This document shows positions 45,682 through 54,323 of a stretch of DNA of 54,323 nucleotides, in pieces. A program made the translations under genes and the position numbers. The stretch is from a virus (Duplodnaviria; Caudoviricetes): the IMG/VR virus record IMGVR_UViG_3300037311_000228, positions 1 through 54,323 of that record. One strand, written 5' to 3'. How positions within the stretch are numbered: the first letter of the stretch is position 1; every line of letters starts with the position of its first letter. A model generated the notes under the pieces. It was not told the origin of the DNA. It was given only the letters and a program-made list of their open reading frames with translations, and did no database searches.

Positions 45682-45890
45682 CGCTTGTCTGCCTTGCGGT
45701 TCACGGTGCGCACCCATTCGAGCGCCGCTGCCATGTTGGGGATCCCTTCGACATGCGCGACCACCGTCTGGTCGGCTGCGTAAACGGTCACTTTGATCGT
45801 CCCGTCGGCGGCGGTCTGGTAGACTTCGCGTCGTCCATTTGCGAAAACGACGCGATCTACCGAGCCTTGTAATGCGTCAAGTGGCACCAT
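45678..45890 (-). CDS. Hypothetical protein
   Basis: GAGGAG RBS; coupled. Confidence 0.6.
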   Translation of the reverse strand: MVPLDALQGSVDRVVFANGRREVYQTAADGTIKVTVYAADQTVVAHVEGIPNMAAALEWVRTVNRKADKR

Positions 45891-46140
45891 GAGACTCCTC
45901 CACCTGCTTCCATTTTTTCAATGCCCACGTTTGCGCCTCTGCAAAGGTGGGGGCGCGATCTTGGCACAGCATCACGCCCGACGGCGCGTGCAAGCTGACG
46001 ACCCATGCGCCGTCAGGGGTGGGCGTATAGCGCGTGTCGTGGCGCACGCTGCCCGCCGAAACGCCCGCCGCCGTCAAGACTCTTTGGACGCCGCGTTCGA
46101 TCCTCTGGTACTCTTTCGTGGGGGTCGCTTTGGCTTTCAT
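45877..46140 (-). CDS. Hypothetical protein
   Basis: ATGA-coupled. Confidence 0.55.
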   Translation of the reverse strand: MKAKATPTKEYQRIERGVQRVLTAAGVSAGSVRHDTRYTPTPDGAWVVSLHAPSGVMLCQDRAPTFAEAQTWALKKWKQVEESHGAT

Positions 46141-46379
46141 CGTCCCCCCGCCTTGCGCGCGGCGTACTTGCGCTTGTGTCGCGCCGAAAGACACTCGCGG
46201 CATTCGGACTGATACCCATTCGAGCGCCAACTGTTCGCGTGCCAAAACAGCGGCGTGAGCGGCATGGTGCGCCCGCAGCCGCTGCACATCCGCTCGCCAC
46301 GCTTGGCAAGCTGCGCGTTGTGGCACATGAGCCACGAGCGGCTGCCGAACCGACGAGACGCCGTTTTTTCGCTCATCAC
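46137..46379 (-). CDS. Small zinc-finger protein
   Basis: CSGC...F...G...CREC. Confidence 0.65.
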   Translation of the reverse strand: MMSEKTASRRFGSRSWLMCHNAQLAKRGERMCSGCGRTMPLTPLFWHANSWRSNGYQSECRECLSARHKRKYAARKAGGR

Positions 46380-46606
46380 GCTTCCCCTATCTCAAAGGGT
46401 CGGATGACGACCATTGCTATCGCGCCGTCTTCGCGCGCAAGCACCCGTCTGTACTCAGCGGGATCGGCGACGAGGCTTTCGATGTAGCCGACTTCCTCAA
46501 GCGTGCGGACGCACGCATCGGCGTACAACAGCGCCGTGTCCAAGGTCTGGGCGAGGCGATACAACGCGGGATCGTTCGCCTCGTCCTGCACCCACACTTC
46601 AAACAT
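46376..46606 (-). CDS. Hypothetical protein
   Basis: AAGGAG RBS; TGATG coupling. Confidence 0.6.
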   Translation of the reverse strand: MFEVWVQDEANDPALYRLAQTLDTALLYADACVRTLEEVGYIESLVADPAEYRRVLAREDGAIAMVVIRPFEIGEA

Positions 46607-47130
46607 CAGTAGCTCCTTTCGTGGTTGCGTTCCGCAACTTGGATAAACAAATTCCCTGTCCCCCCGTGCGCCCGATCCCCGCCCGCGAAGTCGCATTTGA
46701 CTTGGAGGCGCACTGACGCGCGCAAAAGGAGGTCTGTCCCCGCGATCTGCATTTCTAGATCGCGGACAACTTCCTGCGACAGTGGCAGCGCGATCAACCC
46801 CGCCGCGATCCCCGCCTGCACCAGCTTGAGGGCAAGCAGTCCCTTTTCTGAGGGGCGCATGTCCGCGCGGATCGGGTACGCGCGCCACATGCTAAGAGTG
46901 AGCGCAAAACTTTGACACCCGGGGATGTCATCTGGCGGGACGAGATATCCCTCTGCTGTCAGGCGTCCGTTGATGTAGACCGGGACGCGGCGATAGCGCG
47001 TCAGCGGCATCGCCTGCGCCGCCGTCGTCGCGTAGACATACACGCGGCGCGCCATGGGACAGACGTGCGCACGCACATCGCTTTGCTCGGCGATGATCCC
47101 GTAGGGGATCAGACCTTCGTGAGCGATCAT
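46606..47130 (-). CDS. Hypothetical protein, possible PD-(D/E)xK nuclease fold
   Basis: QIAGTDL...QVKCD...TGNLFIQ. Confidence 0.5.
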   Translation of the reverse strand: MIAHEGLIPYGIIAEQSDVRAHVCPMARRVYVYATTAAQAMPLTRYRRVPVYINGRLTAEGYLVPPDDIPGCQSFALTLSMWRAYPIRADMRPSEKGLLALKLVQAGIAAGLIALPLSQEVVRDLEMQIAGTDLLLRASVRLQVKCDFAGGDRAHGGTGNLFIQVAERNHERSY

Positions 47131-49829
47131 GATGCCGCCTCCTTTTGATCGATCTCGTTGCCGAATGTCGCCCAACCGGGACGGCTGCGGCGCGCGAACA
47201 ATTCGAGATAGCTACAGCCGGGATACAGCGTTTCGAGCATCGTGTGTACGCTGTCCGGCTTGCGGCTGTGTTCCTGCACAGCCGCGCTGATCACGCTGCT
47301 CAGTGGCGGGGAAGGGTTGACGAGTGGCGTCATGCTGCCCCGCGTCGCCACGAGCAGGTGTTCGTGATGAATGCGCGTGTACCACCCGTTGCCGGGCTTC
47401 TGCAGATCGGTTTTCACCCAGACGATATTCGTCTTGTAGGTGAAGTCCCACGCATCGATCACCGCAAACGCATCTCGCAAAAATGGCGCAGTTGTCCAGA
47501 GGAACAGCACCGCGTTGGGTGCCACCCTGAACGAGTAGTTGTTGAGCAAGGCGCAAATGTCCGGCAGCGGCATGGGATCGTAGTGATTCGCCGCCGCCCC
47601 ATTGACCCCCTTGTTGTCGTATTCCCACGGGGGATCGGCGAGGATCACGTTGTAGGTTTTGGCAGCGAGACTCTGCGCGCGCGACGCCGCCTCCGCCCTG
47701 CGCGCTTCAACCGCGATCTGACGGTGCAAGCGCGCCTTCAGATCAATCGCCTCGCGCAATGCCTTGTAGCCCGCTGATCCTGCTACCGCGTCGGTCTCGT
47801 CCGTCAGTTGGATGAAGCCCGACGCCGCGATGTCCTCCCACCAGCCGGCGTTATTGCGCGCGCCGTCGGCGAACAGATCGATCACGTCGGGGTCGTCCAC
47901 CCCGAGATTCCGCGCGACTATCTGCACTTGCTCAGGGGCGCGTCGCAGCGACGCGCTGACCAATGCCGCGCGTCGCTCGGCGGCGATCTCAAGCGCCGTC
48001 TTGCGCGGTTGGGCGGGCGGCTGCACAGCGGGCAGCGGGGGGACTGACGGCGGCACATTACGGATGTGGACGCCGTTCCCATTGCCGTGAGAGTCGGGGA
48101 CAAGCAGCGGCGTCGGTGACTTCGCATCGCGCGCGGCGACCCGCTCGATCTCCGCCGCGCCCCGCGCGCGCAGTTCGGGCAGCAGTGGATGAGCCGCTTC
48201 GCAGAACCACACCATCAGCGTGGTCGTGCTGACCCCGCCCAAGCCCGCACTTGCGCCGGGTTCAATGTCTGCGCCCGCCGCCAAGACAATGTAGCCGAGC
48301 GACTCGATCTTGGCACGAGCGTTGTCCAGCGCGTCGGTCACGCGCTCCGGGATGATGCCCGCCGCGTAGGGCGTGTTCAGCGCGACGCTGAACGTCCCCG
48401 CGTTGCCATTGCGCTCGTGACGGACGACGCGCGTCATATCAACGCCGGCGTTCATGAGTCTGATGCTCATGTCGCGCACGGTCAGCGCGCCCGGCTCTGG
48501 CGCGGGCAGGTTGGCGAGCGCCTGCGGTGCCTGCTTGCCGAGCAGCAGCCAGCCGCTCGGTTGCAGTTGCAGCGCGCCCGCCGCATCTTCAGCCACGTAT
48601 CCTGCCTCCACCAACGTGTTCAGGCGCGCCCGATCATTTTGGAAGATGCGCGCCTCTAAAGACGTGAGCCACGGCTTGCGGCTGTAGCGGTGAGCATCCC
48701 AGAGCTTTTCGAGGATGCTCCGCTTGTGCGATGAGATCGGTTCGCCATCGGCAACGCGGACGCGCGCGAATGGCACATGGCGCGCGTCCGTCGTATCGCT
48801 ATCGACGATCACGCCGTCCTCGTCAACCGCAACGACTTCGTACAACCCGCCCCCGAGGTTGATGATGCTGCCGATGTCCACGTTCGGCGCGAGTGCGGGT
48901 GCAGGTGCAGGGGCGGCGTCGCCGTCGTCTGCGGCGGTGGTCGTCGTGGTTTCACCCGCGCGCAGAACATCACGGGCGAAAAAGCGGTGCGTCGAGCGGC
49001 TTTCGTTGATGTACACCTCATACGGGGCAAACAAAGCGCGTGGGTTGATATAGCGCAGGACGCCCGCACGTCCGCGCGCCAATACGCGCTCTCCGATCCG
49101 GATGTCGAGCGAGGCGGGGATCGGCACGGCGTGGCTGTGCGGGATGTGTGCCTGCCCGCCCTCATCTACATCGACGGTCACATCGCGGTCTCCGATCTCG
49201 ACGACCACGCCCGCGATACGCCGATTCGTGCGGTCAACGACCCGCGCACCGAGTACGATGCTCGGATGCAGGTTCGCACGCGGCGGCAGTGCCTCGGACG
49301 ACTCATTGGCGCGGGTGCCGATGTTGGCGGTGTTCTGGGTGTAGGTCGCGCCGCCGCGCTGTACAACGCGCGCGTCTATCTTCGGAATTTCCGAAGATGC
49401 TTCGAGTGCTGCCCGCACAGCACCAACGGTTTTATCGCTGACCGCAACGTGCTTGGCGATATCATTATTGGACTTACCCGCACCCTGTGGGTGCAGCAGA
49501 GCGGCGCGGATGGCGCGCCGCTTGTCCTCGTTGGTACGCGGCAAGCCGTGCGTGGCATTGACGGCGTAGCTGCGCCACTGCGCGTCTTCCAGCGTTCCGG
49601 TTTCGACGATGAAGTCGAATTCCTTCCAGTTGGCGCGCTTGGCGGCTTCGATCCGGTGAAAGCCGTCGATGAGCCAGTAGCTCGACCCGTCGTAGACCAC
49701 GCGGGCAGGCGGGAACTGGTCGCCGCGCTCCAGTGCCTCAGTGTAGACGGTGACTGTTTCTTCGTGCAGCCCGCCGCGCGGCTGTGTGCCGCCATCGAGC
49801 CGAACATCCGCAACTTTCAACGTTGTCAT
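47127..49829 (-). CDS. Multidomain ParB-like N-terminus / MT-A70 adenine methyltransferase
   Basis: LIDGFHRIEAA and NATHG; C-terminal ADPPW, LFLW, EHSRKP, ELFAR. Confidence 0.9.
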   Translation of the reverse strand: MTTLKVADVRLDGGTQPRGGLHEETVTVYTEALERGDQFPPARVVYDGSSYWLIDGFHRIEAAKRANWKEFDFIVETGTLEDAQWRSYAVNATHGLPRTNEDKRRAIRAALLHPQGAGKSNNDIAKHVAVSDKTVGAVRAALEASSEIPKIDARVVQRGGATYTQNTANIGTRANESSEALPPRANLHPSIVLGARVVDRTNRRIAGVVVEIGDRDVTVDVDEGGQAHIPHSHAVPIPASLDIRIGERVLARGRAGVLRYINPRALFAPYEVYINESRSTHRFFARDVLRAGETTTTTAADDGDAAPAPAPALAPNVDIGSIINLGGGLYEVVAVDEDGVIVDSDTTDARHVPFARVRVADGEPISSHKRSILEKLWDAHRYSRKPWLTSLEARIFQNDRARLNTLVEAGYVAEDAAGALQLQPSGWLLLGKQAPQALANLPAPEPGALTVRDMSIRLMNAGVDMTRVVRHERNGNAGTFSVALNTPYAAGIIPERVTDALDNARAKIESLGYIVLAAGADIEPGASAGLGGVSTTTLMVWFCEAAHPLLPELRARGAAEIERVAARDAKSPTPLLVPDSHGNGNGVHIRNVPPSVPPLPAVQPPAQPRKTALEIAAERRAALVSASLRRAPEQVQIVARNLGVDDPDVIDLFADGARNNAGWWEDIAASGFIQLTDETDAVAGSAGYKALREAIDLKARLHRQIAVEARRAEAASRAQSLAAKTYNVILADPPWEYDNKGVNGAAANHYDPMPLPDICALLNNYSFRVAPNAVLFLWTTAPFLRDAFAVIDAWDFTYKTNIVWVKTDLQKPGNGWYTRIHHEHLLVATRGSMTPLVNPSPPLSSVISAAVQEHSRKPDSVHTMLETLYPGCSYLELFARRSRPGWATFGNEIDQKEAAS

Positions 49830-50005
49830 GCAGCGTCCTCCGGCGCTTGCTCGTTCATCTGCTGCTCGATCCGGGCTGCCAGCGACGGCAGCACCGCCGC
49901 CAAGCCGGGAAACATCGCTCGGAGGGCGGCGGCGTCCAGCACGTCCGACGCCGCGCACGGGATGAAGCCGGGCTGCTGGGACAGGGGGAGTTTGAGATCG
50001 CTCAT
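49826..50005 (-). CDS. Hypothetical protein (59 aa, below the ORF-track cutoff)
   Basis: GGAGG RBS, MSDLKLP...; stop overlaps the next ATG. Confidence 0.5.
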   Translation of the reverse strand: MSDLKLPLSQQPGFIPCAASDVLDAAALRAMFPGLAAVLPSLAARIEQQMNEQAPEDAA

Positions 50006-50007
50006 GA

Positions 50008-50322
50008 CTATCTACCTCCCTGTGCGCGGGGGAGGACGTACATCTCTGCCTCGCGCTGCGCATCTTCCACGCTGGCAGAGTCTAGGAGCGCGATCACCCC
50101 AACCTCTTTCAGATGACTGATCTGGGCTTGAGTCGCCAGCATCATCACTTTGCGCGTGGTCGGGGCGGAAAGCACCCCATTTTCGACATACTCACGGTTC
50201 ATCGTCTCGACGAGAGCATCGAGGTCGGCTTGCGTCCCGCGCGACATAGCGCGGAGCGACTCTGCCGGCGTGTTCAGTCCGTAGGGGCGCCGTTCGCGCG
50301 GCATGTCATTGTCTCCTTTCAT
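50008..50322 (-). CDS. Hypothetical protein
   Basis: AAGGAG RBS before MPRERR; start uncertain. Confidence 0.6.
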   Translation of the reverse strand: MKGDNDMPRERRPYGLNTPAESLRAMSRGTQADLDALVETMNREYVENGVLSAPTTRKVMMLATQAQISHLKEVGVIALLDSASVEDAQREAEMYVLPRAQGGR

Positions 50323-50475
50323 CTACATGACGAGCCGCGTCACGGCGGATGGTCTCGACTTCACGGGCGCGGGCGATCTTGCGCGCCTTCAAGTCGTGTG
50401 CGGCAGCCCACGTCGCCGCTGCGATCCCGCCGCCGACCAGCAGCAACACGACGGGAGCGATATTCCGTCTTGAGT

Positions 50476-50736
50476 TCATTGCGCTTTCGCTCCGCTTTCA
50501 TCAGGAGCGGCATCGTCGGGTGTACGATCAGAGAGGTTATTTACCGGAATATTGTTGTGTTGACCAGAATCAACACGCGACGAAAAAAAAGAGGAGTAGC
50601 GGGAAATTTCTTCACCGTACTTCGCAATAAGCGCCTCGTATACCAGATCGCCGACTCGTGCATTGCGATCGCGCGCGATGTTCATCATGATGCGCGGCAT
50701 ATCTTCACCGCGCACGCTGATTGATACGATGAGCAT
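50476..50736 (-). CDS. Cro-position small regulator (RHH-like)
   Basis: First gene divergent from the repressor; GGAG RBS. Confidence 0.55.
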   Translation of the reverse strand: MLIVSISVRGEDMPRIMMNIARDRNARVGDLVYEALIAKYGEEISRYSSFFSSRVDSGQHNNIPVNNLSDRTPDDAAPDESGAKAQ

Positions 50737-50755
50737 GGTTACTCCAATTAACAAA

Positions 50756-50805
50756 ATTGACTACTGTCAATATTTTACCTTGAAGCTTGAAAAAGTCAAT
50801 ATACT
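50756..50805. promoter_or_regulatory. Genetic switch region: divergent promoters and operators
   Basis: ATTGAC-N4-GTCAAT, repeated GTCAATAT, leftward TTGACT-16bp-TAAAAT, rightward TATACT. Confidence 0.65.
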
Positions 50806-50825
50806 AAACAGGAGTGAGGATGTGT

Positions 50826-51185
50826 ATGGCAACGAGCGCATTCAAGAAATTCGTACTGGATCGACTTGAAGCAAGTGGTATAAGCGCTCGGCAATTGGCT
50901 GAGATGGCGGAGATCAGTCCTGCAACATTAAGCAAGCTGCTCTCATACAAGAAAGACACGCAGCCTGACACTGACACAATTGTGAAGTTGGCACGCGCAA
51001 TGGAAGTTGAGCCGATCGAGCTATTTGAGCTAACCGTTGCGGACGCGGGATCGCGTCGGGAATTGGATGCTGAGGCAGCGATGCTCGCGTTTGAGTACAG
51101 CCGCCTTCCAGCGAAGGAGCGCGAGATGATCAGCGATCTCATCACGACGATGCGCAACCGCCGCACGGCGAATGGCGGCGCGTAA
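50826..51185 (+). CDS. XRE-family HTH repressor
   Basis: GISARQLAEMAEISPATLSKLL...P..DTIVKLARAMEV. Confidence 0.9.
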   Translation: MATSAFKKFVLDRLEASGISARQLAEMAEISPATLSKLLSYKKDTQPDTDTIVKLARAMEVEPIELFELTVADAGSRRELDAEAAMLAFEYSRLPAKEREMISDLITTMRNRRTANGGA

Positions 51186-51404
51186 CTCATCGCGTTCATC
51201 GTCCGAGAGGTGATGGATCGTTTCGTAGGCGTCTTCAAAGCTGTGCATGACAATGCTCCAACATACATCATCAGCATATTGCGAACGGGCGTTGCGCACA
51301 AGGGACATATGTTCGCAGTACAGGGGAAGCAGCAGTATGAATGTTCTAACGTGTCTAGAAAAGTGCGAACAGCGACGTGGGTTGGGGAAGGGGGGCTTCG
51401 GTCA

Positions 51405-52019
51405 ATGAGTGGGCAGCCCAAGGACGAGTCGCTTTTGAAATATTTCGAGCGTATCAACGACGCGGATCACGTTTTGACCTACGCCGATGTAGCGCGCGAC
51501 TTCACCGAACCGACATACCGCGATGCGATCCGCCGACTGTACAGCGCGGAACTGTTGGAGCGCCCTCCGCTGGCGGCGCAAATGGGCAAGCTCTTTTCAG
51601 CCGATGAATTGAAGTTATGGGTGACTCGGTTGGGGCTTCCACCGAAGGGCAAAAAAGCTGATCTGATCGACGCGATCATCAAAGCAGATGCGACAGCCGC
51701 CCAGAGCGCCATCAAAAAAACATTTTTGGTTGTGACCGACGCGGGGCTAAAACGCTCAGAAAAATTTCAGTCTGCACTCGTCCTCGCCGAGCGCGCACAG
51801 CGTGAACGTGAGCGTGCGAAATATTGGAAAGAGCGGCTTGCGGAATATCGCGCATTAGATATTCAATCGGTTCGCATTGTCACGTTGAACGATGACCACG
51901 TCTGCGCGGTATGCCGTGAAGCCAGCGAGCGTATTCACACGCTCGACGAGGCGGAGGCGCATCGAAGTCGCTGCGTGAGCGAAGATGGTTGCCGTTGTAT
52001 GATTCGGATGGTTCAATAA
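51405..52019 (+). CDS. SAP-like domain protein with a MuF-like Cys motif (start uncertain, 51210 or 51405)
   Basis: ADELK.....LGLPPKGKKADLIDAI; TLNDDHVCAVC...GCRC. Confidence 0.65.
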   Translation: MSGQPKDESLLKYFERINDADHVLTYADVARDFTEPTYRDAIRRLYSAELLERPPLAAQMGKLFSADELKLWVTRLGLPPKGKKADLIDAIIKADATAAQSAIKKTFLVVTDAGLKRSEKFQSALVLAERAQRERERAKYWKERLAEYRALDIQSVRIVTLNDDHVCAVCREASERIHTLDEAEAHRSRCVSEDGCRCMIRMVQ

Positions 52020-52020
52020 C

Positions 52021-52578
52021 ATGAAAACGATCCTCTATCGCTTAGGGACGGGGATATATTGGCTCGCGTTGGTCGGCGGCGCGTTGGGTCTGATCACCGG
52101 CGTGATCACGCTGTTCCAGCCCAACACAGGGGGAACGCAGGGCTTCGCCATCATCATCAGCGTTTTGATCTCGACGCTGTTTCTCGCGGCGTTTGGCAAG
52201 GTGCTTCAAGCTATTGCCAGTATCAACGAGCGCCAGATCGATCTGGTCGATCTACTCGACGAATTGGTGACCGTGCAAAAACAGCAGGGTTCGATCCTTA
52301 AGCGCATTGAGGCGGAAACACCTAAGTCATCCCCCGTCGAAGATGTGTTCTCGGAAGTCCGCCAGTTGATCGAACTTGAAGACCTGCAAGCTGCGCGCGA
52401 ACGACTTGTCGTCTTGCAGCGCGAGCGCGCGAACGATCCCAACCTCTGGTATTACATCTCGCTTGTTGCGACAAACACAGACCGTCGTATCGCGGCTGCG
52501 CGTCAGGCGCTTTCACTTCAGCCCGATCATGCGAAGGCGCGCCAGCGGTTGAATGCGTTGACGCGCCAACAAAACTGA
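52021..52578 (+). CDS. Two-TM membrane protein with C-terminal TPR-like region
   Basis: Two TM segments; LWYYIS...ALSLQPDHAKARQRL. Confidence 0.75.
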   Translation: MKTILYRLGTGIYWLALVGGALGLITGVITLFQPNTGGTQGFAIIISVLISTLFLAAFGKVLQAIASINERQIDLVDLLDELVTVQKQQGSILKRIEAETPKSSPVEDVFSEVRQLIELEDLQAARERLVVLQRERANDPNLWYYISLVATNTDRRIAAARQALSLQPDHAKARQRLNALTRQQN

Positions 52579-52580
52579 TT

Positions 52581-54176
52581 ATGCCTAAACCCCTCCGTGC
52601 CATCCTTTGGGTTGCCGTATCAAGCCGCGTGCAAGCAGACGAAACAGAGAAAGAAAGCCTCCCTGATCAGGAGCGCCGTCTGCGCGCCATTGCCACAGCA
52701 AAGAGCTGGCAGGTGGTCGATCTTCTCAAAGTACCGGGACATAGCCGCGTTTACTACAATTTCGACCAGTTCACAGAAGCGGCACTGTTGGACGGCATTG
52801 ATGCGGGAGCGCGATTGACCACGCACTGGGAGCGCCAAGACTTTGATGTGTTCGTTTTCACCGACGGCGACCGTTTTGGACGCGAACAGTCCATCTTCAG
52901 CGAGGTGGTCGCACGAACCATTGATGCCGGCGCGTTTTTATACAGCGCCAAAGAGGGCGAAATTATGCGCGGAAACCATCGCATGTACGCGGCGATGGCA
53001 GGCTACCGGGCGGCGTCGGAAATTGATGAGATGAAGCGGCGCTATCAAATGGGCATGGATAAGTTGGCAGAACGCGGGGCGTACACGGGTTCTTATGGGA
53101 CGATCTGGTCTCATCGTCTTGTTCGGGACGAACTTGGAAAGGTGCAACGCATCGAAGTCGATCCCGACAAGCTGCTGATCTTTCAGGACGCAGCGACGAT
53201 TATTCTGGAACACGTTGCTTGGAGTCACATCGAGCGCGAATTGTTCACCCGCTTCGGTCACGGTGAAGACGGCAGACCGTTTCCGCCGAAACGAATTTAC
53301 TACACCATCATGCACCCTGTGTTCTGGGGACACAGCGCGCGCAAATTTCGCAGTCACGATCTCAAATACCGCCAAATCGGACATTGGGTATTTGATGAGT
53401 CGATCACTCCGAATCCGCCCGCGCAAGTCTGGCGCAACACGCACCAACCCATGTGGACGGGTGAACTCGCTGAACGGATCAAAGCGGAGATTCGTTGGCG
53501 TTCGGAGACGGCACAAGCGCGCGCGGCTCGTGTACAGACGCATTTGTTCACGGGTCTGCTGATCTGCGACCAATGCGGCAAACGATTGTCATACTATATT
53601 CATCAGGGTGGGCGTTATTCGTATTTATCATGCGATTCGCGCGACGAAAACAACCGTAAGAACTGTCCAAATTCGGTTGGTATCCGCGAGTCGGACGTAG
53701 AAGCCTTTTTTCGCCAGAGCATTCACACTGCTCTACAAAGCCAAGACTGGTCACTGCTGCTCGGACAAGCCAGCGCCCCAGAACCCGTGCCGCTGGACGC
53801 ATTGGAGGCGCGTGTGAAGGCGCTGGCGACGCGACTGGACGCGCTGATCGATAAACAGGTGAGCGCACCAACGGCGGCACATGATCGCTACCGTCTTAAA
53901 ATTGAAGAAACCGCCAACGACCTTCAGCGCCTTCAAGCTCGCCTTGATGCTGAACGCGCTCAACACATGCAGCGCGCCCGTCATACGACGATCCAGACGA
54001 GCGCCATCAAAGACGTGGTAGCGCTCGGCGAAACGGTGTTTTGGAGTCAATCCCCTGACGACATCAACAAAATGCTGCGCGCCATGCTCGGTGTCAATGC
54101 GCTGGTCGTGCGCGCCGGAAAAATCATCGGCGCAGCGCCATTCATCAAAAAGAAACCCCACTTTCGCAAAAACTAA
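52581..54176 (+). CDS. Large serine recombinase (integrase)
   Basis: AVSS..Q, SLPDQ, DRFGR, recombinase domain, GLLICDQCG zinc ribbon, coiled coil; stop abuts the att arm. Confidence 0.95.
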   Translation: MPKPLRAILWVAVSSRVQADETEKESLPDQERRLRAIATAKSWQVVDLLKVPGHSRVYYNFDQFTEAALLDGIDAGARLTTHWERQDFDVFVFTDGDRFGREQSIFSEVVARTIDAGAFLYSAKEGEIMRGNHRMYAAMAGYRAASEIDEMKRRYQMGMDKLAERGAYTGSYGTIWSHRLVRDELGKVQRIEVDPDKLLIFQDAATIILEHVAWSHIERELFTRFGHGEDGRPFPPKRIYYTIMHPVFWGHSARKFRSHDLKYRQIGHWVFDESITPNPPAQVWRNTHQPMWTGELAERIKAEIRWRSETAQARAARVQTHLFTGLLICDQCGKRLSYYIHQGGRYSYLSCDSRDENNRKNCPNSVGIRESDVEAFFRQSIHTALQSQDWSLLLGQASAPEPVPLDALEARVKALATRLDALIDKQVSAPTAAHDRYRLKIEETANDLQRLQARLDAERAQHMQRARHTTIQTSAIKDVVALGETVFWSQSPDDINKMLRAMLGVNALVVRAGKIIGAAPFIKKKPHFRKN

Positions 54177-54201
54177 TTGTTGGGCGCGGTTCACTTATCC
54201 T
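54177..54201. repeat. Right attachment site: 23-bp phage arm plus CT core (54200-54201)
   Basis: TTGTTGGGCGCGGTTCACTTATC followed by CT. Confidence 0.95.
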
Positions 54202-54323
54202 CACCGTCTATCTGCCCCACAAAGATTTTGGCGATACGCCGCTCACCCAAACGCATACCCTGCGTGGGCGGATCATCCCGGCGCTGTTCTTGGAACTGAC
54301 GTATCATCTCGAACATCATTTGT
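54200..54323 (+). pseudogene. 3'-side fragment of the host desaturase-superfamily gene (continues beyond window)
   Basis: LTVYLPHKDFGDTPLTQTHTLRGRIIPALFLELTYHLEHHL contains the HxxHH third histidine box. Confidence 0.88.

Larger units (their letters stand above)
128..54199. mobile_element. Complete prophage (siphovirus-like, serine-integrase type)
   Basis: Terminase, portal, capsid, tail, tape measure, replication, repressor and integrase genes all lie between perfect 23-bp terminal inverted repeats; no sheath gene recognised. Confidence 0.95.

Overview
The window holds one apparently complete temperate siphovirus-type prophage (about 54.07 kb, 128-54199) plus short host flanks. It is bounded by perfect 23-bp inverted repeats next to a duplicated CT dinucleotide and carries a large serine integrase at its right end. 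It interrupts a host membrane fatty-acid-desaturase-superfamily gene: joining the flanks at CT restores the in-frame sequence ...GSWVYPM-L-TVYLPH...YHLEHHL. From left to right: a leftward ParB/DUF488 pair; a DNA-modification pair in front of the terminase; head genes including a portal-2H phosphoesterase-MuF fusion and a protease-scaffold-capsid fusion; tail genes with a probable chaperone frameshift; a lysis region with no recognisable endolysin; a leftward accessory operon with a strong palindrome-embedded promoter and tRNA-Arg(UCU); a replication/modification block (GNAT-TIM-barrel fusion, C5 methyltransferase with nested second subunit, PolX, DnaB, initiator, Sak4-like ATPase, ParB-MT-A70); the immunity switch; and the integrase. 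The most unusual signals are the gene-splitting integration, the portal polyprotein, and a repeat-spacer-repeat insertion in polX whose spacer copies another locus of the same phage. All calls come from manual motif reading; no database search was run. A Chloroflexota-like host is only an impression.
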